A DNA stretch of 64,000 bases from an uncultured delta proteobacterium (GCA_963816145.1 CAWFJP010000005.1:32001-96000); one strand, 5' to 3'; counted from the stretch's first letter, positions 9,255-19,582 are shown. Notes: generated by a model from the letters alone, not told the origin. Numbers and translations are program-made.

Positions 9255-10406
9255 TTATTTAGGCTGCCATAATGCCGTGGTCTCGTGCAGCTTATTCATA
9301 TCGATATCGACGCCGAGCCCAGGGCGATCGGAGACGCGCAGGGTTCCTTGCTCGACGGTTAACCCCGACGCGGGATCATCGTTCAGGCTTTCGAACTCGC
9401 CGATCTCAGCGCCGGCGAACAAATCCGGGATCGACGCGCAAAAGTGCAGTTGCATCGCTTCCATCAGTTGACTGCCGGCGGTGCTGCCGACGTGAACACT
9501 GACGTTAGCGGCGCTGCAAACCGAGGCGATCTCGCGGGATTTGTAGTAGCCGCCCATTTTCCAAATCTTGATGCTGACCGCGTCCATGGCGTCGGCGTCG
9601 ATCAATCGCAATGCGTCGGACGACGTGGTCACGCCTTCGTCGGCCATGATCGGAATACTCACGTTCTTGCGCACAAACGCCATGCCGCGCACGTCGTCTT
9701 GTCTGACGGGTTGCTCGACCACGACAAGATTGCAGGCTTCGAGTTGGTTCAAGACTTTTACCGCGTGCATCGGCGTGTAGGCTTGATTGGCGTCGACGGA
9801 AATGAACACGCCTTCACCGAGCGCGTCGCGGGTTCGCTTGACCGTTTCGATATCGCGCTTGTCATCGAGGCCAATTTTAATTTTTACATAACGATAGCCG
9901 CGCTCAACCAGCGCGAGCGCTTCATCGGCGGTTTCCTTGGGCGGCTTGAGACCGAGCATGCGCATCACCGGCACTTCGCGGCGGCAGAGGCCGCCAAATA
10001 AATTAAACAGCGGCGTCTTCATGCGCTTGGCTTGGAGATCGAGCAGGGCCTCTTCGACGGCGAATTTAAGCTGAACGTTACCACCGATGGCGAGATCGAT
10101 ATCGCGCATGATTGGCTGTACCCCGTCGAATGGGCCTTGGCTGAGCAACGGTACAATGGTGTTGTGGAGCAACGCCTCGGCCGTCGCCGTCGACTCCCCA
10201 ACGATCAGCATCGCCGGCATGTAGCCGTAGCCGGTAATGCCGTTGTCGTCCGTGAGGCCAACGACGGTGGCTTCAATGTCGCCTTTCGTGTAGCGCGCGG
10301 TCTTCCAAACCGTTGGCCGGCGCAAGGTCGCGCGCCAACTTTGGACGTTGGCGATCTTTAGCGGCGCTGAATTCTGCCCGCTATTGTTCGGGGTTGTCGA
10401 TGCCAT
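9255..10406 (-). CDS. Enolase superfamily, muconate-lactonizing enzyme / dipeptide epimerase subgroup
   Basis: KxK (YVKIKIG), metal ligands DANQ, EQP, ADE; second Lys in SIKIWKMGG; PGLGV at the C-terminus. Confidence 0.88.
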   Translation of the reverse strand: MASTTPNNSGQNSAPLKIANVQSWRATLRRPTVWKTARYTKGDIEATVVGLTDDNGITGYGYMPAMLIVGESTATAEALLHNTIVPLLSQGPFDGVQPIMRDIDLAIGGNVQLKFAVEEALLDLQAKRMKTPLFNLFGGLCRREVPVMRMLGLKPPKETADEALALVERGYRYVKIKIGLDDKRDIETVKRTRDALGEGVFISVDANQAYTPMHAVKVLNQLEACNLVVVEQPVRQDDVRGMAFVRKNVSIPIMADEGVTTSSDALRLIDADAMDAVSIKIWKMGGYYKSREIASVCSAANVSVHVGSTAGSQLMEAMQLHFCASIPDLFAGAEIGEFESLNDDPASGLTVEQGTLRVSDRPGLGVDIDMNKLHETTALWQPK

Positions 10407-10434
10407 TTGTTATCTCCTTAGTAGATATCCGCGA

Positions 10435-11424
10435 CTAGCGTTTGAACACAGTCTTGAGGAACCCTTCTTTTTCAAGCTTGCGCGCGATGGTCAAATCGAA
10501 AACTTGGCCGATGGTTGCTTTCTTGGCCAGCGGTTCACGCTCGCCGATCTCATCCATCAAGTCTTGGAAACTCTTGGGGTCGGGCTCGATGTTTTCGGCG
10601 TAAAAATCATTGGCGATGAAATCGTAGGCTTTATTGAGCACGTCGGTTTCGTTGGACTTCATGTAGCGCGCCAGCGCATTGATGCCTTCGTCGCGGTTAC
10701 GCTTGAAACGGGCGATGCCTTCGATGAAGGCTTTGAGGAAAGCTTCGGCGGTGGCGGGATTTTCGCGCAGGAATTTACCCGACACCATCGGGCCGAGATA
10801 GGGATAATTCAGATTGAGTTGCATCAGCACCGGAAAGCCGAGCTTGGCCAACCGAAGCCCGGACATGAAATCCATCGCCGCCGCTTGCACTCCGCCGGAT
10901 TGCAATGCGGCCAAACGCTGCGGCGAGCCACCAATTTGCATCATGGTCACGTCTTTTTCCGGGTTGATCCCAAGTTTGCGCAGCGCGAGCTGCGAACCGT
11001 AAGCGCTCACGTCGCCGATCCGGTTAATGCCGATCCGCCCGCCGATGAGATCCTTGGCGTTTTTGACGCCCTTGGCGGCGATCAAACTATAGGGAAAAAT
11101 CTTCGAGGTGACGCCCAGCATTCGCACATCTCCGCCGCGGAGAATTGCCGTCACGGTTTCGGCAATGCCGTTTTGCGCCGCTTGAACCTGGCCGGCAATC
11201 ATCGCTTGCAGCAACACGCTGCCGCCTTGAATAAAAACCAACTTGCCGTCCAGGCCGTACTTTTCATAGAGCCCGACGTCGCGGGCAAACCACAGCGGCG
11301 TGAACTGGCTGCTAGTGGTCGGATAGGCGATGATGATGCTTTCCAGCGCGCAGGCCGGAGCAAACGAGTGCAGGCACGCCATGAGACCAAAAATAGCCGG
11401 AAGGAAACGCTTGCCGACCTTCAT
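10435..11424 (-). CDS. ABC SBP, NMT1/THI5 (SsuA-like)
   Basis: Signal peptide; PLWFARDVGLYEKYGL, PEKDVTMMQIGG, C-terminal EKEGFL. Confidence 0.85.
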   Translation of the reverse strand: MKVGKRFLPAIFGLMACLHSFAPACALESIIIAYPTTSSQFTPLWFARDVGLYEKYGLDGKLVFIQGGSVLLQAMIAGQVQAAQNGIAETVTAILRGGDVRMLGVTSKIFPYSLIAAKGVKNAKDLIGGRIGINRIGDVSAYGSQLALRKLGINPEKDVTMMQIGGSPQRLAALQSGGVQAAAMDFMSGLRLAKLGFPVLMQLNLNYPYLGPMVSGKFLRENPATAEAFLKAFIEGIARFKRNRDEGINALARYMKSNETDVLNKAYDFIANDFYAENIEPDPKSFQDLMDEIGEREPLAKKATIGQVFDLTIARKLEKEGFLKTVFKR

Positions 11425-11434
11425 GAGTGCAACT

Positions 11435-12253
11435 CTACTTTTCTTTTTTGAACGCGCCGAATCCCGGTCGATACTCCCCTTCGATAAACTGCTTGATGCC
11501 CTGATCTTTCCACGCGCCGCCCTGCAGAAAAGAAAGCTGGTCGCTTTTTGCCGAGCTGTAACTCAAGGCGGTCTCGTAGTCGGGTATAATCAGGCTGTCG
11601 CGGTACGCGTCCTTACAAGCGCGGAGCGCGAGCGGGTCCTTTTCAGCGAGCTTATTGGCGAGCTTGTTTGCTTCCTCCATCAACGACGATCTTGGCACTG
11701 AAAACGTCACAAAACCAATTTCCGCCGCCCGTTTGCCGTTGAAGGTATCGCCGGTGAGGATGTAATAGATCGCGTCGCGGACGCGCATGATCTGCGATAT
11801 CTGCTTGGTCACCGGGCCGCCCGGGAAATGGCCGAAGTTCACTTCCGAGAGTCCAAAGGTGGCTTCGTCTGCAGCGATGGCAATGTCGCAACCGGATACG
11901 ATCGAAAATGCGCCGCCGAAGCAGAATCCATTGATCGCTGCGATGGTCGGAACTGGAAATGCGCGCAGGATGCGCACGCGCCACTCCAAGGCTTTTTCCA
12001 ACAGCCGCTCGAACTCCATGCGGTCACGCTGTTCGTAAAAAAATTCTTTGAGATCCTCACCTGCGGAAAAGCTCTCGCCGGCGCCGGTCAGGATAAGCAC
12101 CCGCAAGTCCTTATCGAATCTTAACTCGCTCAAGACTTCGACCATCTCATGATGCAGCTTTGGGTTCATCGCATTGCGCTTATTGGGCCGGTTGAAAGTG
12201 ATCGTTGCGATGTTGTCCTGGCGGTCGACTAAAATAGTTTCATAATTCGTCAT
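11435..12253 (-). CDS. p-Hydroxycinnamoyl-CoA hydratase/lyase (crotonase family)
   Basis: NRPNKRNAMNP, AGEDLKEFF, FGLSEVNFG, YYILTG and the HCHL-type tail GIKQF..YRPG; start at MTNYET after GAAGGA. Confidence 0.8.
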   Translation of the reverse strand: MTNYETILVDRQDNIATITFNRPNKRNAMNPKLHHEMVEVLSELRFDKDLRVLILTGAGESFSAGEDLKEFFYEQRDRMEFERLLEKALEWRVRILRAFPVPTIAAINGFCFGGAFSIVSGCDIAIAADEATFGLSEVNFGHFPGGPVTKQISQIMRVRDAIYYILTGDTFNGKRAAEIGFVTFSVPRSSLMEEANKLANKLAEKDPLALRACKDAYRDSLIIPDYETALSYSSAKSDQLSFLQGGAWKDQGIKQFIEGEYRPGFGAFKKEK

Positions 12254-12275
12254 ATCGATTCCTTCGCGCGTACAG

Positions 12276-12302
12276 AGGGCGGACACGCAGGTCCGCTCCT
12301 AC
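12276..12302 (-). repeat. GTAG-type REP
   Basis: Minus strand GTAGGAGCGGACCTGCGTGTCCGCCCT, with GCGGAC/GTCCGC stem. Confidence 0.7.
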
Positions 12303-12329
12303 GAATTCCGCTTTTCTTAAAAGTCTTAC

Positions 12330-12357
12330 CTTCGTGTCCTTCGTGCCTTCGTGGTGA
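12330..12357. repeat. Half copy (right arm) of palindromic element family A
   Basis: CTTCGTGTCCTTCGTGCCTTCGTGGTGA. Confidence 0.8.
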
Positions 12358-12380
12358 GAGATGACTTGCATCTTGAACGG

Positions 12381-13085
12381 CTAATTCCGCGACTTCACCC
12401 AGCGCGCGCGGCTCTGTGAAAGTCCCAACCCGGCCAGCATCGCCGCCATGCGAATCGGCGTGCCGAAGCCTTCAACCACCGGTACGCCGAGCTGCTCTTG
12501 CAGCCAAGCCGGTTTGATATGCACCGGACACTGGCTGATGCCCATAGGATAAATCACTTCGGCGCCGTCGGCGACCAGCCGTTTGGCTTCACTAACGAAA
12601 TTATTGACGACCTCATCGTGATGCGCCGCCAAATCCGGCAAGTCGAAACCGCTCACGCCGAAGCCGACAATCCGGTCTTCCATCCCATAGCGGCGAATAA
12701 TCGCACGGGAAAAACTCACCAAACTCTGGTGATAGACCATTACGCCAAATCGGTCGCCGATCAACGACGCGACATGCAAGCAAGCTTCGGTCGGCCCGAC
12801 CACTGGAATGTCCACCGCCGATTTGCCGCCATCGACTCCCAAGTCGAGCGTGCCCAAAGGCACGACGGCGTCGTAACCTTCTTTCTCGGCGCGCTTGAAG
12901 CTATCGATGAACGCTGGCGCGACCAGCTGTATCTCGGTTGGTGTCATGCCATAAAAATAGGGGCTGGCAGCTACTTCCACGATGCCCACCTGAATTTCCG
13001 CCGTTGAATAGGAGAGCGCCACATCGGCGCGCCGTTTGTGTTCTTCGGGCGGATATCCGCCGATGACGAATGCGACTCGAATCAT
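12381..13085 (-). CDS. Asp/Glu/hydantoin racemase-fold protein (paralogue 2)
   Basis: Same motifs as 8375..9088, with long identical stretches such as PMGISQCPVHI and WLQEQLGVPVVEGFG. Confidence 0.75.
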   Translation of the reverse strand: MIRVAFVIGGYPPEEHKRRADVALSYSTAEIQVGIVEVAASPYFYGMTPTEIQLVAPAFIDSFKRAEKEGYDAVVPLGTLDLGVDGGKSAVDIPVVGPTEACLHVASLIGDRFGVMVYHQSLVSFSRAIIRRYGMEDRIVGFGVSGFDLPDLAAHHDEVVNNFVSEAKRLVADGAEVIYPMGISQCPVHIKPAWLQEQLGVPVVEGFGTPIRMAAMLAGLGLSQSRARWVKSRN

Positions 13086-13125
13086 GATCGCTCCTTGTCG
13101 GAAAAGTTCCCTTCGGCGCGCCGCG

Positions 13126-14088
13126 TCATAGGGCTAAGAGCGTCCGCGCATTGGCAGAGAAGATTTGTTTTTGCTCGGTTTCGCTCAATCCCGATTCCTC
13201 GACGACGCCGACGGCGTGCTCGACGTATTGCTTGCCCTCTTGGCCAAGACCGAAAGGGTAGTCGGTGCCGAACACTATTTGCTCGGAACCGAACATTTTC
13301 GCCACCGCGGCCAGGATCGCTTCGTGGGTGGGGCCGGATGTGTCGTAGAAAAGTTTGCTGAAATAGTGACTGGGCCGGTGTTGGCTTGTGCCTTCGCGAA
13401 AGGCGCGCTCGATGCGCGGCGCGAGGAACGGGAGAGTGCCGCCGACATGGGCAGCGATGATTTTGATATTTGGGTAGCGATCGAAAAAGCCGGACAGCGC
13501 CAGGCGCGCAAGGGTAAATGTCGTGTCGACAGGAAGGCCGATCAAATGCTCGAGCCGGTAACCGTACCACTCTTTGGGGAAAGGTCGCTGCAGTGGATGC
13601 AAGAAAATCACTACGCCCGCGGCATTGGCGTGCTCAAAGAAAGAAGCGAAGGCGGGATCATCCAAGGTTCGTTCGTGCAGGTTAGTGCTGAGGCTGATTC
13701 CGGAGAATCCCGGCATGGCTTTCGCGCGATCGAGTTCCGCGCATGCGCGCTCGAAGTCGGGAAGGGGAGGGGCGGCGAAAAAGCGAAACCGCTCCAGCCT
13801 GCGCGCGCAAATCTCGCCGAATTCATCGTTAGCGCGGCGGCAAAGCTCGACGCCCAACGCGCGATTTTCCGGGTCGTAATATTCGTAAACATGGGGCAGC
13901 GACAGTACTTGCATGCTGATCTGCCAGCGGTCCATTTCAGCCAGAAAGCGGCTTTCATCCCATTCCCAATTGCTTCTAATATCGAGCGGCCGCGGCGGGT
14001 GGCTCCTGAGCGTTCTCATGAACTCAGGAGGAAACGCATGAGCGTGGACATCGATCCGCATTTGGGAATTTGTCAGTGACTCAATCAT
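13126..14088 (-). CDS. Amidohydrolase_2, ACMSD/aromatic-acid decarboxylase-like
   Basis: IDVHAH, IFLHP, AAHVGGTLP, FGTDYPF. Confidence 0.85.
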   Translation of the reverse strand: MIESLTNSQMRIDVHAHAFPPEFMRTLRSHPPRPLDIRSNWEWDESRFLAEMDRWQISMQVLSLPHVYEYYDPENRALGVELCRRANDEFGEICARRLERFRFFAAPPLPDFERACAELDRAKAMPGFSGISLSTNLHERTLDDPAFASFFEHANAAGVVIFLHPLQRPFPKEWYGYRLEHLIGLPVDTTFTLARLALSGFFDRYPNIKIIAAHVGGTLPFLAPRIERAFREGTSQHRPSHYFSKLFYDTSGPTHEAILAAVAKMFGSEQIVFGTDYPFGLGQEGKQYVEHAVGVVEESGLSETEQKQIFSANARTLLAL

Positions 14089-14102
14089 AAGTTTAGACCG
14101 CG

Positions 14103-15098
14103 CTATTTGAAAAAGCCCTTCGCCGACAGTTCCTGGACGAAGCTGGCGTCGAAAACATCCTCGATCCGCAGCGCGCCGACTTTGGGATTTCTCGGCGCCA
14201 ATATATCAAAAACCAACTTAAATCCTTTTTCCGTCGCCAGGGGGACTTTCTCGAAGACATGGTCCTTGCGTACTGCCACTGGCGCTCCAGCAGTTCACGA
14301 TTGGAGGTTCTAAGATTGCGCGCCGTTATGGCCAACGATTCTTCCTTATTCTGTTGAAAGAAACGAACACCCTCATGTAGCCTCTAATCAGCCCCAGCAC
14401 CGCATCACGATTGGCCGCGGCGAATCGTCGCGTGGTAAAGATCGCGGTAAAGGGAAATTCCACACCAAGATCGGTCAGATCCAAAACCTTGTGGAGCCCG
14501 GCGCCGCCGCCGATAAAAGTCGCACCGCCGACGGTGGCGGCATCGACGGAGCCGACGCGCAGCGCGGCAAGCCGTTCCGCCGATCCGCCGGTCACCAACA
14601 TCGTCACGCTCCCTGGGTCAACGCCCAGTTGGCGCAAGGCGATACGCGTGGCGACTTCATCGGAACCGCCAACGGCACCGATGCCAATTTTCTTGCCGGC
14701 TAGATCGCTCGCGCTTTTGACCGGTTGGCGCGCCACGAAGGTGTAGTCCAATCGATTCATCGGCACCGCCACGATGACTGCGTCTTCGCCCGCCGCCCTT
14801 GCCGCGATCGGGCCCGGCGGAACCGGCGATGCCCGCCTGAACCTCGCCCGCGATCAGGGCCTGAACGCCTCTGATGTTTCCTTGGATGTAGGTTATCTCC
14901 GACGTCAATACGTTCGTCGCGAAAAAAGCCTTTTTCGCGCGCGATCCAGAGCGGCGCGAAATCGATAACGATGCTCGGGATGGCGATGCGCATCTTTTTA
15001 AGCGCCTCGGCGGCATCCGCCTGCGCCCACGAGCATAGTAACAAACAGATAATGTTCGTTGCCGCTGAAGTTACTCTATTGCATTGACGTTTCTTCAT
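14103..15098 (-). pseudogene. NMT1/THI5 ABC SBP interrupted by about 4 single-base indels (possible sequencing error)
   Basis: Fragments join into a full SBP: ...APLWIAREKGFF / EITYIQG... / AVPMNRLDY... / ...DVFDASFVQELSAKGFFK*; shifts near 14900, 14813, 14372 and 14268. Confidence 0.8.
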
Positions 15099-15281
15099 CT
15101 GGCTCCACCTTCCCAGGGAATATACTTTGTAGACATCTTTAAACCTTGAATTGTGTGTTTGACAAGTGCTCTAATCAGCTGCCGCGTTCCGGTACGTAAT
15201 ATAGCTGATGTCGCCAACATGCTATGACCGCTGAAGAGCGCAAATATTAAAAACAAGGTTGCAGATTTTTAACTAATCCGA

Positions 15282-16199
15282 TTGATCATGGACCGCTTTC
15301 GCACCATGCAGAGCTTCGTTGAAGTCATCAAACTTGGCAGCCTCTCCGAGGCCGCGAAGCTGCTCGGGCTCTCGCGCGCATTGGTTTCGCGTCACGTGAC
15401 GGATCTGGAAAAGCACCTGGGAGTTCGGCTGCTGACCCGGACGACGCGGCGTATCACGCTGACCGAGGCCGGCGCGGCGCATTTTAATTTTTGCCAGCGG
15501 CTCATTCAGGAAACCGAAGAACAAGAATCCTCTCTCAAGCGGATGCAAAAGGAGCCGGCGGGCGCGCTCAAAATACTTGCGCCAAAATCGCTGACCACAT
15601 TGGCGCTCGGCGATGCGATCGCTAGTTTCGCCGCAGCCTATCCACACCTTAATATCAACCTGATGCTCGACGACCTTTCGTTTCGCAGCTATGATTTTAT
15701 CGAACGCGGATTCGACGTCGCGGTGCATACGACGCCAATTCGCGAATCGAGCTTGGTCGCCAGAAAAATTGCCAACTTGCGTTGGCTGCTTTGCGCGTCG
15801 CCCAATTATCTCACGCAGCATGATGAGCCGCGTCGGCCGAGAGATCTCACCCGACATCAATGTCTAGTCCATATTAACTCGGACCCAAGCGACCGAGTTT
15901 GGCGACTTCGCGACGGGGCGGGCGTCACTTCCGTGAAAGTTCAGGGGTCATTTGCCTCGAATAGCGTGCTCGTGCTGCGTAAAGCTGCGCTTGAGTCGCT
16001 GGGTATCGCGATTTTACCCCTCTATTGTGTCAAAGAAGATCTCAGAAGCGGCGCTTTGCGCGAAGTCCTAACTCACTTCCCTATCCCGGTGCACCCTCTG
16101 TCTCTGGTCTTCTCACCTGGGAAACCAACGCCGCAAAAAATTCGCTCGCTGGGGGACTTCCTCGTAGAGTGGTTTCGTAAGCATCCGATACCGCAGTAG
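15282..16199 (+). CDS. LysR family transcriptional regulator (CrgA/DmlR-like)
   Basis: HTH GSLSEAAKLLG...LEKHLGVRLLTRTTR; ASPNYL; divergent from the catabolic operon. Confidence 0.93.
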   Translation: MIMDRFRTMQSFVEVIKLGSLSEAAKLLGLSRALVSRHVTDLEKHLGVRLLTRTTRRITLTEAGAAHFNFCQRLIQETEEQESSLKRMQKEPAGALKILAPKSLTTLALGDAIASFAAAYPHLNINLMLDDLSFRSYDFIERGFDVAVHTTPIRESSLVARKIANLRWLLCASPNYLTQHDEPRRPRDLTRHQCLVHINSDPSDRVWRLRDGAGVTSVKVQGSFASNSVLVLRKAALESLGIAILPLYCVKEDLRSGALREVLTHFPIPVHPLSLVFSPGKPTPQKIRSLGDFLVEWFRKHPIPQ

Positions 16200-16237
16200 A
16201 TCTCGTAGGCTCAGCAGATCCAATAGTTTGTTCGCGA

Positions 16238-16807
16238 TTAGCCATAGGCCAACGCACGGCGAAAATTTTCCCGGTGCATTCGTGCTGGCCAACCTCGCGG
16301 AAGTCTTCTGGATAGATTTCGCCAGTTTCGACTTTGAGGTCGACGAAAAGCGGCCCTTCTCCTTTGAGCAGGTCAGGCAGCTTGCTTTCCCACTCGGCGA
16401 GATCGGCAATCTCGTAGGTCTCGACGATACCCCGCGGTTTTAGCCAGCTCGGCAAAACGTATTCGCCCTGCGCGCGGGATGGGCACGGAGCCGTTGGTTT
16501 CGTAGCAGCCGTTTTCGCACAGGCAATGAACTAAGTTCGTCGGCGCTTGATTTGCTATCGTCACCAAGCTGCCGAGATTCATCAGCAAGCTTCCGTCGCC
16601 GTCGAATAAAATCACCCGTCTATCCGGGCGGCCCAGTGCCAAACCCAATGCGTGCGAAGAACCCTGACCCATTGCGCCGACGAAGGTGTAATTCAGATCG
16701 CTGGGGGAGATATGCGTGATCTCCTGCGCCGCCGTGTAGACTGCGACGACGATCTCATCCCTGCGTTGGCGCGCGAACGCATTGAACATTTCGTCCCGTT
16801 TCATCAT
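16238..16807 (-). pseudogene. TPP-binding protein (sulfopyruvate/phosphonopyruvate decarboxylase beta-like), frameshifted
   Basis: GAMGQ, GDGSLLMNLG...ENGCYE TPP motif; continues in another frame (IVETYEIADL...GPLFVDLKV); 3' end approximate. Confidence 0.75.
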
Positions 16808-16863
16808 TGCCTATGCGACTCCCTTCCGATCAGAACTGCCTCCCCGAGGACGAAACGTAGAGG

Positions 16864-17998
16864 TTATCCCCAAACATCATGGGCCACGTTGACGACTAGG
16901 GACAGTTTGGCAAGCTCGGCTTCGACGGTGATGTTGTTGCCTAAAACCGTGCTGGAAAAGCCGCATTGAGGGACTGAGCGCTAGCTGGTTCGAAGGGAAC
17001 GATAGCGGCTCGCTTCGTCGATGCGCCGTTTGATATCCTCGGCACTTCTCCAGATCGCCGGTCTTGGAGGTAACCAAGCCGAGCACGATCTTCAAATCCC
17101 TTGGCACGAAGCGCAGCGGCGAAAAGCTTCCGGCTCGCGGCGAGTCATATTCCAGAAAAAAGCCGTCGAGCTTAAACTCGTTGAATAGGATTTCCGCCAC
17201 TGGATCGTAGCCGCCTTCGGCCGCCCAGGCGCTGCGGAAGTTGCCTCTGCAGATATGCATGCAGACCGTCATGTTGGCGGGACGATCCTTAATGCATTCG
17301 TTTATGAGTCGGGCATAGGTTAGCGGCAGTTGGTTTGGGTCTTCGCCGATATGACGGACGCCGTCGCGCATCTTTTCGTCGCAGAGATAGGCCAGATTCG
17401 GATCGTCAAGCTGGAGATAGGTGCAACCAAGATCTGCCAACGCGTGAATTTCCTCTCGATATACTCGCGCCAGGTCCGCGTAGAAACCGTCCATGTCGGG
17501 ATAGGCTTGTCTATCGATGGCGTCGCGGCCGCCGCGCATGTGCAATATCGTCGGCGACGGAATACAGATTTTTGGCGTTCGATGGGTCACCGAGGCCAAG
17601 TACTTGAAATTATCGGTCTCGATGCCGTGGCTGCGTTTGAGGCCTGCGGCAACTTCAAATCTGGTCGGCTTTCGCTCGATTTCTTCGTCCCCGGACTGAA
17701 ATTTTCTGACTACTCCGCTTTCATTCGCCACGCCTTCCTTGACGATCACCCCGTTGATCTGGCGAAGAAAGTCCGCGTGCCAAATGGTTCGGCGATACTC
17801 GCCGTCGGTAATGCTCTGGAGGCCGATGTCCTCTTGCATCTTAACGACATCGCGAATGCAACGATCTTCGATTTGGCGCAATTCAGCAGCCGACAATTCG
17901 CCAGTCTGCCGACGTTCGCGAGCCTGTAAGAGCTCTTGCGGGCGCAGCAAGCTACCGACGTGGTCGGCGCGAAAGGGCGTTTTCTTGATATCAGCCAT
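16864..17998 (-). CDS. Cobalamin-independent methionine synthase II-like (MetE C-terminal/YxjH family); C-terminus frameshifted
   Basis: PFRADHVGSLLRP, HICRGN, LEYD; the third Zn ligand SPQCGFSS and the end VAHDVWG* are in another frame (stop at 16864). Confidence 0.85.
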
Positions 17999-18237
17999 CG
18001 CCTTCTCTCCTGTATTCGATTTTGTGATCGTCACCGAACCATATGACTGGCCGATACTAGTGGTTTTCCATGCGGAACGGGAAGACCACGGAGACTCAAT
18101 GCTAGGTTGCAGAGTTTTAACGAATCAGCGCGATTGCCAACCCCTCTATGCTTGGCCGTTGGAGATCTCAGCACTCAATCCGGGGCACGGTCGAGTACAG
18201 ATTAGAACGAAGGGGTCGCTTATTTTCGGCTGATGGG

Positions 18238-18666
18238 TTATTTGCCCAACGCCGCTGCTGCGGTTTGCGCGACGTCGATGTCCTTGCCACCCGCGCCGCT
18301 GACGGCGACGGCGCCGACGATTTCCCCTTCGGAGAAGAGCGGAAAGCCGCCTTCGATGGTCACGAACGAATCGGTGCCGGCAGCCAATGTGATGGCCAGA
18401 GCGTGATGATCGCTCCTTTCGTTACCGGTGGGGCTTTTCTTGCCCGAGGGGAATCTGGTCAACGCCGCGCTCTTCGCCTTCGTCTGGGCGATCGCAATCG
18501 AGTAGAGCTCGGCCTTTTCGGAGCGCGTAAAGGCGATCAGATGTCCGCCGTCGTCGACCACAGCGATGCTGACATGACAATTCAGCGCGTGCGCTCTCTC
18601 GACCGCGCTATTGAGCACCTTCATCGCGCCTTCGCGCGTTAATTTTCTCGAAGTAATCGTATCCAT
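18238..18666 (-). CDS. GlcG/HbpS (DUF336) heme-binding family protein
   Basis: SIAVVDDGG, KAKSAA, GGFPL..GEIVGAVAVSG. Confidence 0.9.
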   Translation of the reverse strand: MDTITSRKLTREGAMKVLNSAVERAHALNCHVSIAVVDDGGHLIAFTRSEKAELYSIAIAQTKAKSAALTRFPSGKKSPTGNERSDHHALAITLAAGTDSFVTIEGGFPLFSEGEIVGAVAVSGAGGKDIDVAQTAAAALGK

Positions 18667-18883
18667 GAATTCTCCCCTCTGGTTCTTTAGTCCGCGACTT
18701 CCAAGGCCATTGGAACTTTTACAACAGGATCACAAAAAACACGAACGATGCCAGCGCTCACTGGTTACTTTGCTGCAACAGTGGTTTTAACGATCACGCG
18801 TGCCATACCATAAAATTCGCTGGCGCGATGAACGCCGTCAGTGATAGCCTGAGAGCGATCGAAGCCAAGGAGCTAGGCACATT

Positions 18884-19549
18884 ATGGAACAAAGAAAAGA
18901 TCGGCGCGCGGTGGGCGTCAAAGTCCTACCCGAAGGGGTCGAAGAGTATTGCGAACGGCATACCACGGCGCTCACGGAGCTGCACGAGAGGTTACTACGC
19001 GAAACCGAAGAGAAAACCGCCACGGCGAATTTTCTGGTCGGCGAGATCGAGGGCGCTTTTCTCAAGATGCTGGTGCGCATGACCCAAGCCAAAAAAATCC
19101 TCGAAGTCGGCATGTTTACCGGCTACAGCGCGCTGTCGTTTGCCGAGGCATTGCCCGCCGACGGTTCCATTGTCACTTGCGAGCTAGATCCTCACGCCGT
19201 CGAAATCGCACGGCATTTCTTTGCCCAGAGTCCACACGGGAAAAAAATCGAAATTAGAGAGGGCAGGGCGGCGGACACTTTGAAAACGCTCCACGGTCCC
19301 TTCGATCTCTGCTTCATCGACGCCGATAAACCGAGTTACGATTACTACTACGATCGTTGTGTGGAGTTAGTGCGCAAGGGCGGGCTCATCGTGCTCGACA
19401 ATATGCTGCGCTATGGGCGGGTGTTGAATCCGGTCGAAGAAGACGCCCGGATCGTCAATGTTTTGAATGGGCGAATTCACAACGACCCGAGAGTAGAAAA
19501 CGTGCTGCTGCCGTTTCGCGACGGCATCATGCTGGCGTACAAATTATAA
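18884..19549 (+). CDS. Class I SAM-dependent O-methyltransferase (caffeoyl-CoA OMT-like)
   Basis: LEVGMFTGYS, FIDADK, LDN, RDGI. Confidence 0.9.
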   Translation: MEQRKDRRAVGVKVLPEGVEEYCERHTTALTELHERLLRETEEKTATANFLVGEIEGAFLKMLVRMTQAKKILEVGMFTGYSALSFAEALPADGSIVTCELDPHAVEIARHFFAQSPHGKKIEIREGRAADTLKTLHGPFDLCFIDADKPSYDYYYDRCVELVRKGGLIVLDNMLRYGRVLNPVEEDARIVNVLNGRIHNDPRVENVLLPFRDGIMLAYKL

Positions 19550-19582
19550 ACCGGCAGCCCGCAAGGAATCACGAGGTAGATT

